From an uncultured archaeon (GTDB taxonomy: Archaea > Thermoproteota > Bathyarchaeia > Bathyarchaeales > Bathycorpusculaceae), in assembly GCA_963810275.1 (NCBI GenBank), contig CAWENF010000003.1, positions 32,001 to 96,000 on the forward strand: 64,000 nt of DNA, read 5' to 3'. The translations under genes were made by a program, and so were the position numbers. Of this stretch, positions 1-10,346 are shown one piece after another. The notes under the pieces are model-generated. The model saw only the letters and a program-made list of their open reading frames with translations. It was not told where the DNA came from and ran no database searches. Every line of letters starts with the position of its first letter. Position 1 is the first letter of the stretch.

Positions 1-616
1 CGATTAACAAAACACCAATCACAGCTGCGATAAATGTGCCGGCTGTATAGCCTATGACAGCTCCAGAAGTACCAAAACCGAAAATAATTAAAACAATAAT
101 AATCGCAGTTTTGGAGATATTTTGCAAAACAAGCATTACACTATTGAGCTCAAGACGCTCATAGCCAGTAAACGCAGCAGTGGCCGCAGCAACTAGCCCC
201 ATAGCAAATATGGAAAAAGAAACAAGCTGGATAAGCGGAGCTACAACTGGACGATTAAATATGTTAGTTGCCAAAAAGTCCGCAAAGAAAAACGAGAACA
301 AAGAGAGAGCTAAACCAACAGCAACTTCGAAAATAATACCAGTTAAATACACGCTGCGGATCTCGTCCAATCGGTTTTCTGCACGATACTGCGCAGTAAA
401 GCGAACCATGGCAAAGTTCATGCCCCAGTCACGAAAAATCTGAATAAGTAATGGAACAGTAACAACAATAGTGTAGAGACCATACTGATCAGAACCCAAC
501 AGCCTAGCGATAAAAATCATACCCACCGACAGTATGACTGTAGAAATAACCAAACCCCACAGCATATGAAAACTGCCCTTAGCCGAAACCCTAGCTATAT
601 CCCCAACTTTGGCCAT
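1..616 (-). CDS. Oligosaccharide flippase / polysaccharide biosynthesis exporter (Wzx/RfbX-like), runs off the window edge
   Basis: Manual translation from ATG at 616: MAKVGDIARVSAKGSFHMLWGLVISTVILSVGMIFIARLLGSDQYGLYTIVV...; the 'ARLLG..YG.Y' motif and hydrophobic helices are typical of MOP flippases; not in the ORF track because it is truncated. Confidence 0.85.
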   Translation of the reverse strand, partial: MAKVGDIARVSAKGSFHMLWGLVISTVILSVGMIFIARLLGSDQYGLYTIVVTVPLLIQIFRDWGMNFAMVRFTAQYRAENRLDEIRSVYLTGIIFEVAVGLALSLFSFFFADFLATNIFNRPVVAPLIQLVSFSIFAMGLVAAATAAFTGYERLELNSVMLVLQNISKTAIIIVLIIFGFGTSGAVIGYTAGTFIAAVIGVLLI

Positions 617-799
617 TGACTAGTAACCCATTATGACCAAAGCAATCTACAAAGAAGCGTTTATGAATTATGGTTAAAAGCCAATGCTAACAAAATAAAA
701 AAGTCACAATCACCAACTAAAACCATTAACTAAACTTTCAACCCGTCAAGTTAACCACGACAGTAATTAGTACTTTAAACATATTTGACAAGCAACTAA

Positions 800-2878
800 T
801 CACACAGTTGCAGCTGTACCGTTCACACTGAATAACCAAGCATCGCCAACACGTGAAACCACCATGAAATTGGGAGATGAAAGAAGCCCTTTCACATCGA
901 AATGGCGATAGGTAGGATTTTCCAGATTATATGTAGTTGCCATAGAACCAACATAAATGTACGAAATATTATATTTAGCCAAAAGAGGAATAGCGTCTGA
1001 ATTAGAGGCATTGCTGGTTAAAATTTTCATTAAGGGCTCATATCCTTCTATATAGCTGTACGCACAAACGGTATATCGACCGGTAATGGGCATTACAAAC
1101 TGTCCACTATCACCCATTGACACCAAAATATTGGCATTAGCAGACAGATGGTCATTAATCCAACCCATCAAAGAGATATCTGCATCGGCAATAGTTTCAA
1201 ATGTACCAAACTGAAAATCAATGTTTTTAATCTTATTTTGTTGTTCATCTATAAGGTTATCACCATAAGACAACATAGTACCCCCCAGCATTATGAGCAA
1301 GCCTAGAACCCAAACTTTTTTCCTGAAATACTTTAGGACTGGTATATGCGGTCTCTTATCCAGTAACCAATTAAAGACAAAAACAATACAGGAAAATGCA
1401 AAGAAAAATACAAGACTTAGAAAAACAGTTCCAGGAATAAATAGATGCTGCCAAACACGCAGTGGATTCAATAAAGATGTCATAATATCAATTTGAAAGT
1501 TAAGTGATAATGTCAAATAACCTATTAATGTGAAGAACAAGAGATAGAAAAGTATTAAACCTCTCCTAAAACTAAGTGGAAAAACATAGTTCAACCTTTT
1601 AGATGCAAAAGGAAGACAAATTCCAATTAACAGGAACCAATTCCAAGGCGCAAACTGAAAAAGAAAATCATATTTTGCAAAGAATACGGAAAGTTGTGGT
1701 AAATCTAGAAACCAATTGAAACTCACAAGGGACCGAATAGATTCCGATAGAGAACTTGTCTCATTGGTCATGTTTGAAAATTGAACACCAACAATGTGAG
1801 AAGTGTAAATGGAATAAAAATAGGGAACAGCCAACATAACAGGCAACAAAAAGCCAAAAAGAATAATCAAACTTCTTCTATTCCAAATAGAAGAAAATGA
1901 AAAAGACCGCTTAGACCTAAAAACAGAAAACATTTTGACGATCAAAACTAATACCAACCAAACCACCGCTACGAACAGAGCATCAGGATATGTTTCTGCG
2001 GCGATAAAAATAACTAAACCCATAAGAAAAGCGTTAAACCAAGTAACCCTTTCTTTTAATAAAAAAACATAGAATAAACCCAAACAACTAATTGAGAGAT
2101 AAAATGACAATAAAAGAGGCAAGCCTCCCCAAGCTATGGGCAAAATTGTTAAGCCAGTAAAAAACGGAACGATAATCAAGCCTAGTAGAGCAACAGGTAG
2201 ACTCTGGAAAATAGATTTTAAAGAAGAGTAAGTTGCAAAGGCAATCAAAACAGGCAAAATAACACTAAATAGTAAAACAACCTTCTGTACAGCTACCCCA
2301 AGCAATGCTACAAAAAAGCCACACAAAACATGGGCACCCGACGGATAGTCTAGAACAAAATTGCCAAATGGAACCGAAGAACGAGAGAACAAAGCATTGG
2401 AATGGTCCAATAAAACCCTGACTATTAAAGAGTGCAAAGCAGAATCATCATTTGTTCCTCCATAATGCCCAACGGGAATGCTGGAACTAAGAAACAGTAA
2501 AGTTGTTAGTACACAAAAAACCGCAATTATTGGCGCATAAATCTTTAAAGTAAATTTAGGTAAATTCGGTTTAAAGCTCTTGCGCCCAACAACTGTTCCA
2601 ACGCAGGCTAGAGCCAAAATAAAGATAGATGGAAAAATCAAGGGCGCATTAAAAGCCGAGAAAATAAGAACAAAAAGAAAAATAAAAACAAAACCAAATA
2701 AAATTCTAAAGCTCACTTTTTGGATGAAATCAAATGAATTTAAAAAACCATATGAGCGCTTACCTAAAACAGAAATAAACCTAAGAAGACCATAACCAAC
2801 AAAATAGAGAGCAAATAAACTTAAAACTGCAAACAAGAAAGAATCAATAAAAGTAATCTGAGACCAATCCCACCACAT
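800..2878 (-). CDS. Polytopic membrane protein, GT-C fold-like glycosyltransferase (DUF6541-like)
   Basis: 692 aa, many TM segments, loop motif NDDSALH..., YP.G.H, soluble C-terminal domain ending in 'YNISYIYVG'. Confidence 0.6.
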   Translation of the reverse strand: MWWDWSQITFIDSFLFAVLSLFALYFVGYGLLRFISVLGKRSYGFLNSFDFIQKVSFRILFGFVFIFLFVLIFSAFNAPLIFPSIFILALACVGTVVGRKSFKPNLPKFTLKIYAPIIAVFCVLTTLLFLSSSIPVGHYGGTNDDSALHSLIVRVLLDHSNALFSRSSVPFGNFVLDYPSGAHVLCGFFVALLGVAVQKVVLLFSVILPVLIAFATYSSLKSIFQSLPVALLGLIIVPFFTGLTILPIAWGGLPLLLSFYLSISCLGLFYVFLLKERVTWFNAFLMGLVIFIAAETYPDALFVAVVWLVLVLIVKMFSVFRSKRSFSFSSIWNRRSLIILFGFLLPVMLAVPYFYSIYTSHIVGVQFSNMTNETSSLSESIRSLVSFNWFLDLPQLSVFFAKYDFLFQFAPWNWFLLIGICLPFASKRLNYVFPLSFRRGLILFYLLFFTLIGYLTLSLNFQIDIMTSLLNPLRVWQHLFIPGTVFLSLVFFFAFSCIVFVFNWLLDKRPHIPVLKYFRKKVWVLGLLIMLGGTMLSYGDNLIDEQQNKIKNIDFQFGTFETIADADISLMGWINDHLSANANILVSMGDSGQFVMPITGRYTVCAYSYIEGYEPLMKILTSNASNSDAIPLLAKYNISYIYVGSMATTYNLENPTYRHFDVKGLLSSPNFMVVSRVGDAWLFSVNGTAATV

Positions 2879-3204
2879 TGCCTACTCCTCACAAAATCCA
2901 AAAAAGAATATCCGCACTGATATAATCCAATTAATCAAACATCGCACTGAAGTAGACAAGTAATTGTTCAATTTGCGGATCAGCCACTAACCCCCTCTAT
3001 CACGTATTTAACAAATATATCCTTATTCTAAACACATTGAAAATAAGGAGAAAGGAACGTTTACAGTGATATAAAATATCCAGAAGCAGTGACTGAATTG
3101 TTCTAACCAGTAAGATAATAATTAAACTCTACAAAAGAAAAAACCAATTTATCGGAAAAGGTTAAAAACAAAATAAGTAATCAGAGTCTTTAAGGTGCAA
3201 TCAA

Positions 3205-4203
3205 ATGAGTAATAAGACCATTGGAATCACAGGGGGCTCTGGCTTTATCGGTTCATCAATAGCCACAGGGCTAAACCAGAATTTTACTGTAAAGCTTATC
3301 GACTTAAAAGAGCCGCAAAGGAATCTCCCAGAAAACGTCAGCTTCCAAAAATGCGATATTACAAAAAAGAATGAAGTTGAGGTAGCTCTAAAAGACACAG
3401 ATCTGGTAATACATGCAGCCATCATTCAGATTCCAACTATCACAGAAAAAAAAGAGTTAGCCTACGAAGTTAACTTCATCGGAACTCAAAACATATGCCA
3501 AACTGTTGCAAATAACGAGAGAATAAAAGGACTTATCCTAGCAGGTTCATGGCATACAATAGGTGAAAAGGGCTTAAAGGGCACTATAAACGAAGAATTC
3601 GGATTCAGACCAGACAAAGTCGAAGAACGCGCCAGACTTTATGCACTCTCAAAAATGGCCCAGGAAGCAACAGTTAGATTCTTCGATGAGATGACACCTA
3701 AAGTATTTGGCATCATCAGAATGGGAACAGTTTTAGGCGACAGTATGCCAGAGAAAACGGCAGCAAACATATTCGTCGAAAATGGATTAAAAGGAAAACC
3801 ACTAACACCATTCAAACAAAGCATGTACAGACCAATGCTATACGTTGACATAAAAGATATTGCAAAAGCTTACGAGATTTTCGCAAAAAGAATTGTACAA
3901 GGCGAGATAAAAAAAGACGGCAACAGCATGTCGGACATATTCAATATTTACTACCCAGAAGCCATAACAATAATCGAACTAGCAGAAATAACTAAACAAG
4001 TAATCACAGAACAAACCAATGGAAAAATCCAACCAAAAATCGATATAATAGACAATAAACAACCAGTTGCCTTTGATGAAAACGACAAAAAGCAGATTGA
4101 AGTAGACACAAGCAAAGCTACCGCACTCTTAGGAAACCTGAAACTTAAAAGCCCAAAAGAATCAATAGAAGACATAGTAAAAATAAGGGCCTCTCGGCTC
4201 TAA
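3205..4203 (+). CDS. NAD-dependent epimerase/dehydratase (extended SDR)
   Basis: ITGGSGFIG Rossmann motif; YALSK catalytic YxxxK. Confidence 0.85.
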   Translation: MSNKTIGITGGSGFIGSSIATGLNQNFTVKLIDLKEPQRNLPENVSFQKCDITKKNEVEVALKDTDLVIHAAIIQIPTITEKKELAYEVNFIGTQNICQTVANNERIKGLILAGSWHTIGEKGLKGTINEEFGFRPDKVEERARLYALSKMAQEATVRFFDEMTPKVFGIIRMGTVLGDSMPEKTAANIFVENGLKGKPLTPFKQSMYRPMLYVDIKDIAKAYEIFAKRIVQGEIKKDGNSMSDIFNIYYPEAITIIELAEITKQVITEQTNGKIQPKIDIIDNKQPVAFDENDKKQIEVDTSKATALLGNLKLKSPKESIEDIVKIRASRL

Positions 4204-4236
4204 TTCAGCTTCTTTCTTCTCCCTGCAAAGTAATGT

Positions 4237-5394
4237 TTAGCTATGATTTTTTGCATTGACAATTGCAGTTGCCACAGATTTGACTTCTGAAGATGTTAGC
4301 CCTGAACTAGAAGGTAAGTTTAGGCCACAATGTGATAGTTTTTCAGCTACAGGATATTCCTCACCAAAGAAAAGACCCATCTCCCGGAACACCGGTTGTT
4401 TATTCATTGGAATAAAAAAAGGTCTCGTATCAATCTGACTAGAACACAATTTTTCCATTAAACAATCACGGGATAATCCAAATTCGGGCTCAACCAGCAT
4501 AGAATACATCCAATAAACATTCTTGGCCCAAGGCTTCTCAACAGGCAAGGTTAAACCAGCGACATTCGATAAAAATTCATTATACCGCCTTGCGTTTTCT
4601 CTTCTCATCTCTACGAATTCTTCAATACGCTCAAACTGAGCTAAACCAATAGCCGCCTGTAGGTTAGTCATTCTGTAGTTATAACCTACTTTTGAATGAA
4701 GATAAACACGACTGCCTTTAGGGAAGCATAAGTCTCTGAGAGAACGGGCATTTTCAGCCAAGTTTTCGTCGTTAGTTACAACCATGCCGCCCTCTCCGCA
4801 GGTTATGATTTTGTTTGCATAAAAGCTGAAGCAGCCCAAGGTGCCTAATCCACCCGCTTTCTTGCCTAAATATTCGGCGCCGTGAGCTTCTGCAGCATCT
4901 TCTATGATAGATAAGCCGTATTCATCCGCCAGTTTGGAGATAGACCCCATTTCTACTGGATGACCATAGATATGAACCGGCATTATAGCCTTCGTTTTGT
5001 CAGTAATCTTTTGCTCAATTTGAGACACATCCATGTTCCAAGTATCAGGTTCGGAGTCAACCAAAACAGGTTTCGCACCGCAATAAAGAAGAGGAAAAAC
5101 AGACGCTATCATGGTAAGCGCGGGAACTATGACCTCATCATCCTTCTTTAAATCAAGAGAGGCTAAGGCTAAATGGATGGCGGTCGTTCCACTTGTTGAA
5201 GTTATGCCATATTTACAGCCGCAATAATTAGCGAACTTTTCCTCAAATTCTCCAACGTACTTGCCCCTTGACGAGATCCAATTGGTCTTAACACAATCAC
5301 TTACATATTCGAGTTCCTTACTTCCTAAAAGTGGAACACAAACAGGAATCATCTTTAATTGCTCCTCGTCCGAGCTACAAAAACCATATTCCAA
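4237..5394 (-). CDS. DegT/DnrJ/EryC1/StrS PLP aminotransferase, perosamine-synthase-like (true start probably near MIPVC, ~5350)
   Basis: IEDAAEAHG, FSFYANKIIT.GEGGM (PLP lysine), GYNYRMTNLQAAIG; adjacent to gmd. Confidence 0.88.
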   Translation of the reverse strand: MEYGFCSSDEEQLKMIPVCVPLLGSKELEYVSDCVKTNWISSRGKYVGEFEEKFANYCGCKYGITSTSGTTAIHLALASLDLKKDDEVIVPALTMIASVFPLLYCGAKPVLVDSEPDTWNMDVSQIEQKITDKTKAIMPVHIYGHPVEMGSISKLADEYGLSIIEDAAEAHGAEYLGKKAGGLGTLGCFSFYANKIITCGEGGMVVTNDENLAENARSLRDLCFPKGSRVYLHSKVGYNYRMTNLQAAIGLAQFERIEEFVEMRRENARRYNEFLSNVAGLTLPVEKPWAKNVYWMYSMLVEPEFGLSRDCLMEKLCSSQIDTRPFFIPMNKQPVFREMGLFFGEEYPVAEKLSHCGLNLPSSSGLTSSEVKSVATAIVNAKNHS

Positions 5395-6110
5395 ACATTC
5401 TCATCGACAGCGCTATCTACCCTCATAAAAGGGCAAATCTTTAAAACTTCAAATCCTGCCTGCTCAAGGTAATACTTGGTCTCCTGTGGAAAATAAAACC
5501 TAACAATATGTTTCTCATCTATTTCTTCGCAGGTTCCGCCAGACTTTTTGTTGAAAATAAGGAGTTTGTAGTTGACTTCACAAATTTGATCAGCTGATCG
5601 CAGTACTGGCTGAGCAAACCGAAGAAGCTTTACATCGGGGGTTTGAACAGTTTTAAGTCTTGAGTCAGGTAGTAATCTCATTACTGCTAAACCATTCCAA
5701 ACGTCGAAAATGAAAAGCCCACCAGGCTTTAGGTGTTTGTAAACATTCTCAAAAGTGTGAATTATACTTGTAGTTTCAGTTATGTACCCCATGACTGCAA
5801 ACATTGCCAAGCAGACATCAAATGTCTCATTTAATGATACTGTCCGAATATCGCTGTTAACAAATTTGCAGGCACACTTGTGTTTTGCTACATCAAGCAT
5901 ATTCTCAGACAGATCTACACCAGTTACACCGTAACCTTTTTCAAAAAGGACTTTTGTGTAATTTCCAGTTCCACACCCAAGCTCAAGTACACTTTTAACA
6001 GCATGATCTTTGAAGAAAGATTCTATGAAATTCATTTCAGAAAGGTAATCTTTATCCTGATAGAGCAAATCGTAGTATTTTGCTAGATTAACGAAACTTT
6101 CAGCTTTCAT
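5355..6110 (-). CDS. Class I SAM-dependent methyltransferase (sugar N-methyltransferase-like)
   Basis: YYDLLYQDKDY..E N-terminus, VLELGCGTG motif I, LKPGGLFIFD. Confidence 0.82.
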   Translation of the reverse strand: MKAESFVNLAKYYDLLYQDKDYLSEMNFIESFFKDHAVKSVLELGCGTGNYTKVLFEKGYGVTGVDLSENMLDVAKHKCACKFVNSDIRTVSLNETFDVCLAMFAVMGYITETTSIIHTFENVYKHLKPGGLFIFDVWNGLAVMRLLPDSRLKTVQTPDVKLLRFAQPVLRSADQICEVNYKLLIFNKKSGGTCEEIDEKHIVRFYFPQETKYYLEQAGFEVLKICPFMRVDSAVDENVWNMVFVARTRSN

Positions 6111-6516
6111 TTATCATCACTTTATCAAATTCTTTTCCTAAATAGGGACCCTGCTTAACCTCAATCAACTTAGTATCCTCAAGCATAGAAAAACCATGCC
6201 CACCAGCAACAAAAAATATAGTCGAACCACACGACAACTCAACACACTTAAACCACTTTCCTTGGCTATCATACAAATCAACCTTTGCACAGCCAGATTC
6301 AACATGAACTATCTCCTGAATCTCTCGAATTAAAACCTCTTTTTTCAAATGAATATGAGGTTTAAGCATTGTTCCTCTATTATAAGAGCTCACTGCTAAC
6401 TGCAGCGGAAAACTTTTTTCTGACAAAAAATTTGTCCCTTCTTTTGTCTCTTCAGCATGCATAATAATAGCAATAAGTGAACCGTCTTCCGAAGTAACTT
6501 TTTCCAAAAAAATCAC
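6100..6516 (-). CDS. Cupin-fold protein (WbuC-like) in nucleotide-sugar cluster
   Basis: PHIH...QE...GGHGF...IEVKQGPY cupin metal motif. Confidence 0.72.
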   Translation of the reverse strand: MIFLEKVTSEDGSLIAIIMHAEETKEGTNFLSEKSFPLQLAVSSYNRGTMLKPHIHLKKEVLIREIQEIVHVESGCAKVDLYDSQGKWFKCVELSCGSTIFFVAGGHGFSMLEDTKLIEVKQGPYLGKEFDKVMINES

Positions 6517-7568
6517 CGATCCAATCCTTGATATCGCGAAATTATCTTTGCCTCACTAGGATAATTCGAAGCGTCCCAAGGAAAACTTTCACCTTTTTGC
6601 CAACGCTCCCACCTTTGAAGATCCTCTTTAACCATGATCTCAACCAATTTATCAAACGTCACAGTAGGCGACCACCCGAGTTCTGCCTTAGCCTTAGTAT
6701 AATCGCCACATAGTCTTTTAACATCCACAGGTCTTAGAAATCGCTTGTCAACTTTTACGTAATCCTGCCAATCCAATCCACATATATTAAAAGCCTTTTC
6801 AGCAAACTCTCTAACTGAATGCGCCTCATTAGTGGCAATGACATAATCGCTAGGTTCCTTTTGCTGTAAAATTAGCCACATAGACCAAACATAATCGGGA
6901 GCATAACCCCAATCACGCATTGCATCTAAATTTCCCAAGTAAAGATCTTTTTCTATCCCCAAAGCAATTTTTGCAACGGTATTGGAGATTTTTCTTGTAA
7001 CGAACTCAAGCCCCCTTAAAGAACTTTCATGGTTAAACAAAATGCCATTACAAGCAAAAAAATTGTAACCCTCGCGATAAATCTTGGTTATCCAATAACT
7101 ATAGAGTTTAGAAGTTGCATAAGGACTAGATGGATGAAAAGGCGAAGACTCATCCAAGTTCGCAGTATGCCCATTGCCATATAACTCGCTAGTCGAGGCT
7201 TGATAAAACTTGATTTCAGGATTTGTTTGCCTTATCGCCTCTAAAACACGGGTAACCCCCAAACCAGTGATTTCGCCAGTGCTAATTGGCTGTTCAAAAG
7301 ACGCTCCTACAAAACTCTGAGCAGCCAGATGATAAACTTCATCGGGCATTGAAAGCCGAATAGCCTCAACCATTGAGCCCGCATCAACCAGGTCGGCGGA
7401 AATAAGATTTATCTCTTCAAATATCCCCAGATATTGTAAACGCCAAAAATTAGGTGTCGACAACCTGCGATAGGTCCCAAATACTTTATAGCCCTTTTTT
7501 AGCAAGAAATCAGCAAGATATGCGCCATCTTGACCAGTTACACCTGTAATAAGAGCACGTTTAACCAT
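6513..7568 (-). CDS. gmd: GDP-mannose 4,6-dehydratase
   Basis: ALITGVTGQDGAYLA, YHLAAQSFVG.SF, FYQASTSELYG, NGILFNHES, RDWGYAPDYV. Confidence 0.95.
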   Translation of the reverse strand: MVKRALITGVTGQDGAYLADFLLKKGYKVFGTYRRLSTPNFWRLQYLGIFEEINLISADLVDAGSMVEAIRLSMPDEVYHLAAQSFVGASFEQPISTGEITGLGVTRVLEAIRQTNPEIKFYQASTSELYGNGHTANLDESSPFHPSSPYATSKLYSYWITKIYREGYNFFACNGILFNHESSLRGLEFVTRKISNTVAKIALGIEKDLYLGNLDAMRDWGYAPDYVWSMWLILQQKEPSDYVIATNEAHSVREFAEKAFNICGLDWQDYVKVDKRFLRPVDVKRLCGDYTKAKAELGWSPTVTFDKLVEIMVKEDLQRWERWQKGESFPWDASNYPSEAKIISRYQGLDR

Positions 7569-7859
7569 TTATTAACTCGCCCAAGTTTGTAGGAAATAAA
7601 GAATAGGCTTGATATTTAGCTATCGGATAACAAAGGATAAGCAAAACCACAAGCGAATCGCTCTACTACGGATGAAACCAAATTAATAACTGACCAACAA
7701 AGAAAATTACGGATAAGAATTCAAGACACCGCATGATGCTTTCTGTGAAAAATCACATGTTTATTGTTAACTAAAATAGATACCAATACAAGAACTAAAA
7801 CAACGGTTCCATGTTAGCCGGACTTAAAGATCAGTATGAATTTGACCCAGTCGATATTG

Positions 7860-8310
7860 ATATAGTTGGTTTAGTAGAATCAAACATCTGTTTGTAAAAG
7901 CAGACGCACAATATTTACTCTTTAAACAGGAAGCCTTTGATGTTGTATATGGCTTAGGTTCAATTGAGCACTAAAAAAATACGAGAAAACAATTAATGCA
8001 TCTTACAGGGTTCTTAAAAATAATGGACAAGCACTTTTTACCGTTCCAAACAAACGCAGCTTACACACTATAATCGAAAGACCATTAAGGCAAGCATTAG
8101 GCTTATGGATAACATCGGTTTGGATAGCCGTTTGCAATCGAACTAGTTACGAATTTCTTTACTCAGAGTGGCCTTTTAAGAATAAGACAAAGTTTAAAGC
8201 CGTGGGATAATAGAGTCACAACATCATTGCTAAGGCATATATGAAGCAGAATAATGGGTTTGGAAAACTATCTAAAAAATGGAGTTTCTTAATTTGTGTT
8301 TTTGGTACAA
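7860..8310 (+). pseudogene. Degraded class I methyltransferase (Methyltransf_11-like) remnant
   Basis: Fragments readable across frames: KHLFVKADAQYLLFKQEAFDVVYGLGSIEH* then INASYRVLKNNGQALFTVPNKRSLHTIIERPLRQALGLW; stops and frameshifts; boundaries approximate. Confidence 0.6.
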
Positions 8311-8348
8311 AGAAAAAAGGTATAGCTCAGCCCGAATTGCCTACAAAA

Positions 8349-10265
8349 TCAAGTCAATGAACTATTTGTTGCAGTCGACTTAAACCATGAAGTTAGCCAA
8401 GCGTTCTCTTGGCTAATAGTCATGTTCTTTAACTCGAAAACGTCTGAATGAACCTCCTTAAGAATAGGTTCTTCTAAGGAATTAATCGAATAGAAAAAGG
8501 GTTGCCAACTTCTGGAAATAACAAGTACCCTAAAGTCGTTGTAGTTGCTGCTATTTAATACAGGTGGAGTATTAACCCAGGGATAAGAAACATTTTTTGG
8601 TGTACCGTTTAAAAGGTCTGCTAACGTTCCAACATGTATATAAGCTTCTGTAATCGCTTGAACCCAAGCAACCTCACCTTCATACACAATAGGTGGATTA
8701 TAAACTGAATCGCCAATACAAACTATGGTTGTACTAGGCTCAAAGTTTTCTCGAACCCAATAAAGCTCATCAGCATAATCTTTAAAAGAAACATAAATCA
8801 GCGGAGAATCAACAAGCCGAATAAATGAGAAAGATAGTAAAATTGTAAAAATACAAATCAAGGGAAGAAATTTTTTCAACTTTTTACTAATAATAATTGG
8901 TGATAACAATGTCAAAAATTTTCTGAATTTCAAATTTAATTTATCAAAATTTATGAATACACCTACAAATAAAAACAAAGAAATCGATATTAAAAGAGGA
9001 ATGGGATAATACAAAGCATAACGGTAGTGTCCATAAGAAAATAGAGGCAACATAAAAGAAGGAGTAAAAGCCCAAGCCAAAAGCAGTGTGCGCGCATTCT
9101 GGCTTATGCGTAACTTGCTGAACCTAAAAAGAAGAGCTATTACGCCCACCATCGACAAAAGCAAGACAAAAGAATTCTCCATTAGAAAAGGCTGAAAATC
9201 AAAACCGCTGGAACTACCAGCGAAAACAGAAGGAATGAAGGCACCTACGTTATTGATAGAGGGACTATAAGTTGAAGTTAAAGCGCCAACCTGAACATTA
9301 TAATCCCAAATTTGACTGAAAACAAAAGGCCCAATGAGCAGAACGAGTATAGATGGTAAATATACTATAAAAGTAGTTTTCAGCAGCCTAAGCTTATTCT
9401 GGGAGGTTAAAAGCGAAATTACAGTAAAAACGCTTATAATACCAGTACTGACTAACCAAGCAGGATTATAAACTTGCAGTAAAAAGAATTGGCAAATCGA
9501 TGCCAACATAACATATTTTAATTTACCACCATCCAAAGAACGCAAATAAAGACCAAAGAAAAGTGTCAGGATAACAAGCGCAAAGAAGTTCTCATATAGC
9601 TGCGAGGATAAAACCAAAATAGTACTAGATAAGCCTGTGGCTAAAGCAGCCAAAACCGATAGCTGCTTATTTGTATTCTTAAAAAAGAAGTATGTTGCTA
9701 AGGTGTATAAAGCCCCTATTAAGGAGGGTATTATTTTAACAATGACGTCTGAGGAGAGATTTAGAAATAATAACGGTGAAAACACTGTGGAAAAGATACG
9801 AGTAGATGTCATCCGGCTGAGCCAACTTATTGAAATGCCATGATTCGAAATATCGTTAAAACTTATCATATAATAAGCAACATCCCCCCCAGTCGGGTAA
9901 GGATGCCATAGATAGCGCTCGAGCATTAAAAAAACCATTAGAACTACAGAAAAAATAAGAACTAATTTTAGCAAAAAGCTACTATTAGATTGAGGCACCT
10001 CTGACTCAACAGTAGTGCATTCAAGTCTTTTCTTCCTTAAGATAATAAAAAAGATAGGGACAGACAAAGTGACAAAGAAAAAACCCGTGAAAATAAAAGG
10101 AAACGCACTATTGCTTACGTCACTAAACGCTAGAAGAGGATAACCAATTGTGGGCACATCAACAATCAAGCTCAATAAGTAACCGCAAGAGAGAATAACA
10201 AAAACCAGAGCCACAATATAGAATGATGCCTTCAGTGTGGAAGAATACCCCTTCCAATTTATCAT
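8349..10265 (-). CDS. Polytopic membrane protein, GT-C fold-like
   Basis: 638 aa, multiple TMs, YPTGGDVAYY acidic loop motif, soluble C-terminus. Confidence 0.55.
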   Translation of the reverse strand: MINWKGYSSTLKASFYIVALVFVILSCGYLLSLIVDVPTIGYPLLAFSDVSNSAFPFIFTGFFFVTLSVPIFFIILRKKRLECTTVESEVPQSNSSFLLKLVLIFSVVLMVFLMLERYLWHPYPTGGDVAYYMISFNDISNHGISISWLSRMTSTRIFSTVFSPLLFLNLSSDVIVKIIPSLIGALYTLATYFFFKNTNKQLSVLAALATGLSSTILVLSSQLYENFFALVILTLFFGLYLRSLDGGKLKYVMLASICQFFLLQVYNPAWLVSTGIISVFTVISLLTSQNKLRLLKTTFIVYLPSILVLLIGPFVFSQIWDYNVQVGALTSTYSPSINNVGAFIPSVFAGSSSGFDFQPFLMENSFVLLLSMVGVIALLFRFSKLRISQNARTLLLAWAFTPSFMLPLFSYGHYRYALYYPIPLLISISLFLFVGVFINFDKLNLKFRKFLTLLSPIIISKKLKKFLPLICIFTILLSFSFIRLVDSPLIYVSFKDYADELYWVRENFEPSTTIVCIGDSVYNPPIVYEGEVAWVQAITEAYIHVGTLADLLNGTPKNVSYPWVNTPPVLNSSNYNDFRVLVISRSWQPFFYSINSLEEPILKEVHSDVFELKNMTISQENAWLTSWFKSTATNSSLT

Positions 10266-10346
10266 ATAGATGCTATCCCCTCCTTTCTCTTCACAGATTT
10301 AACGATTGTATTGCATAAGTGCTCAAAATAACTTACCCTTCAAAAA

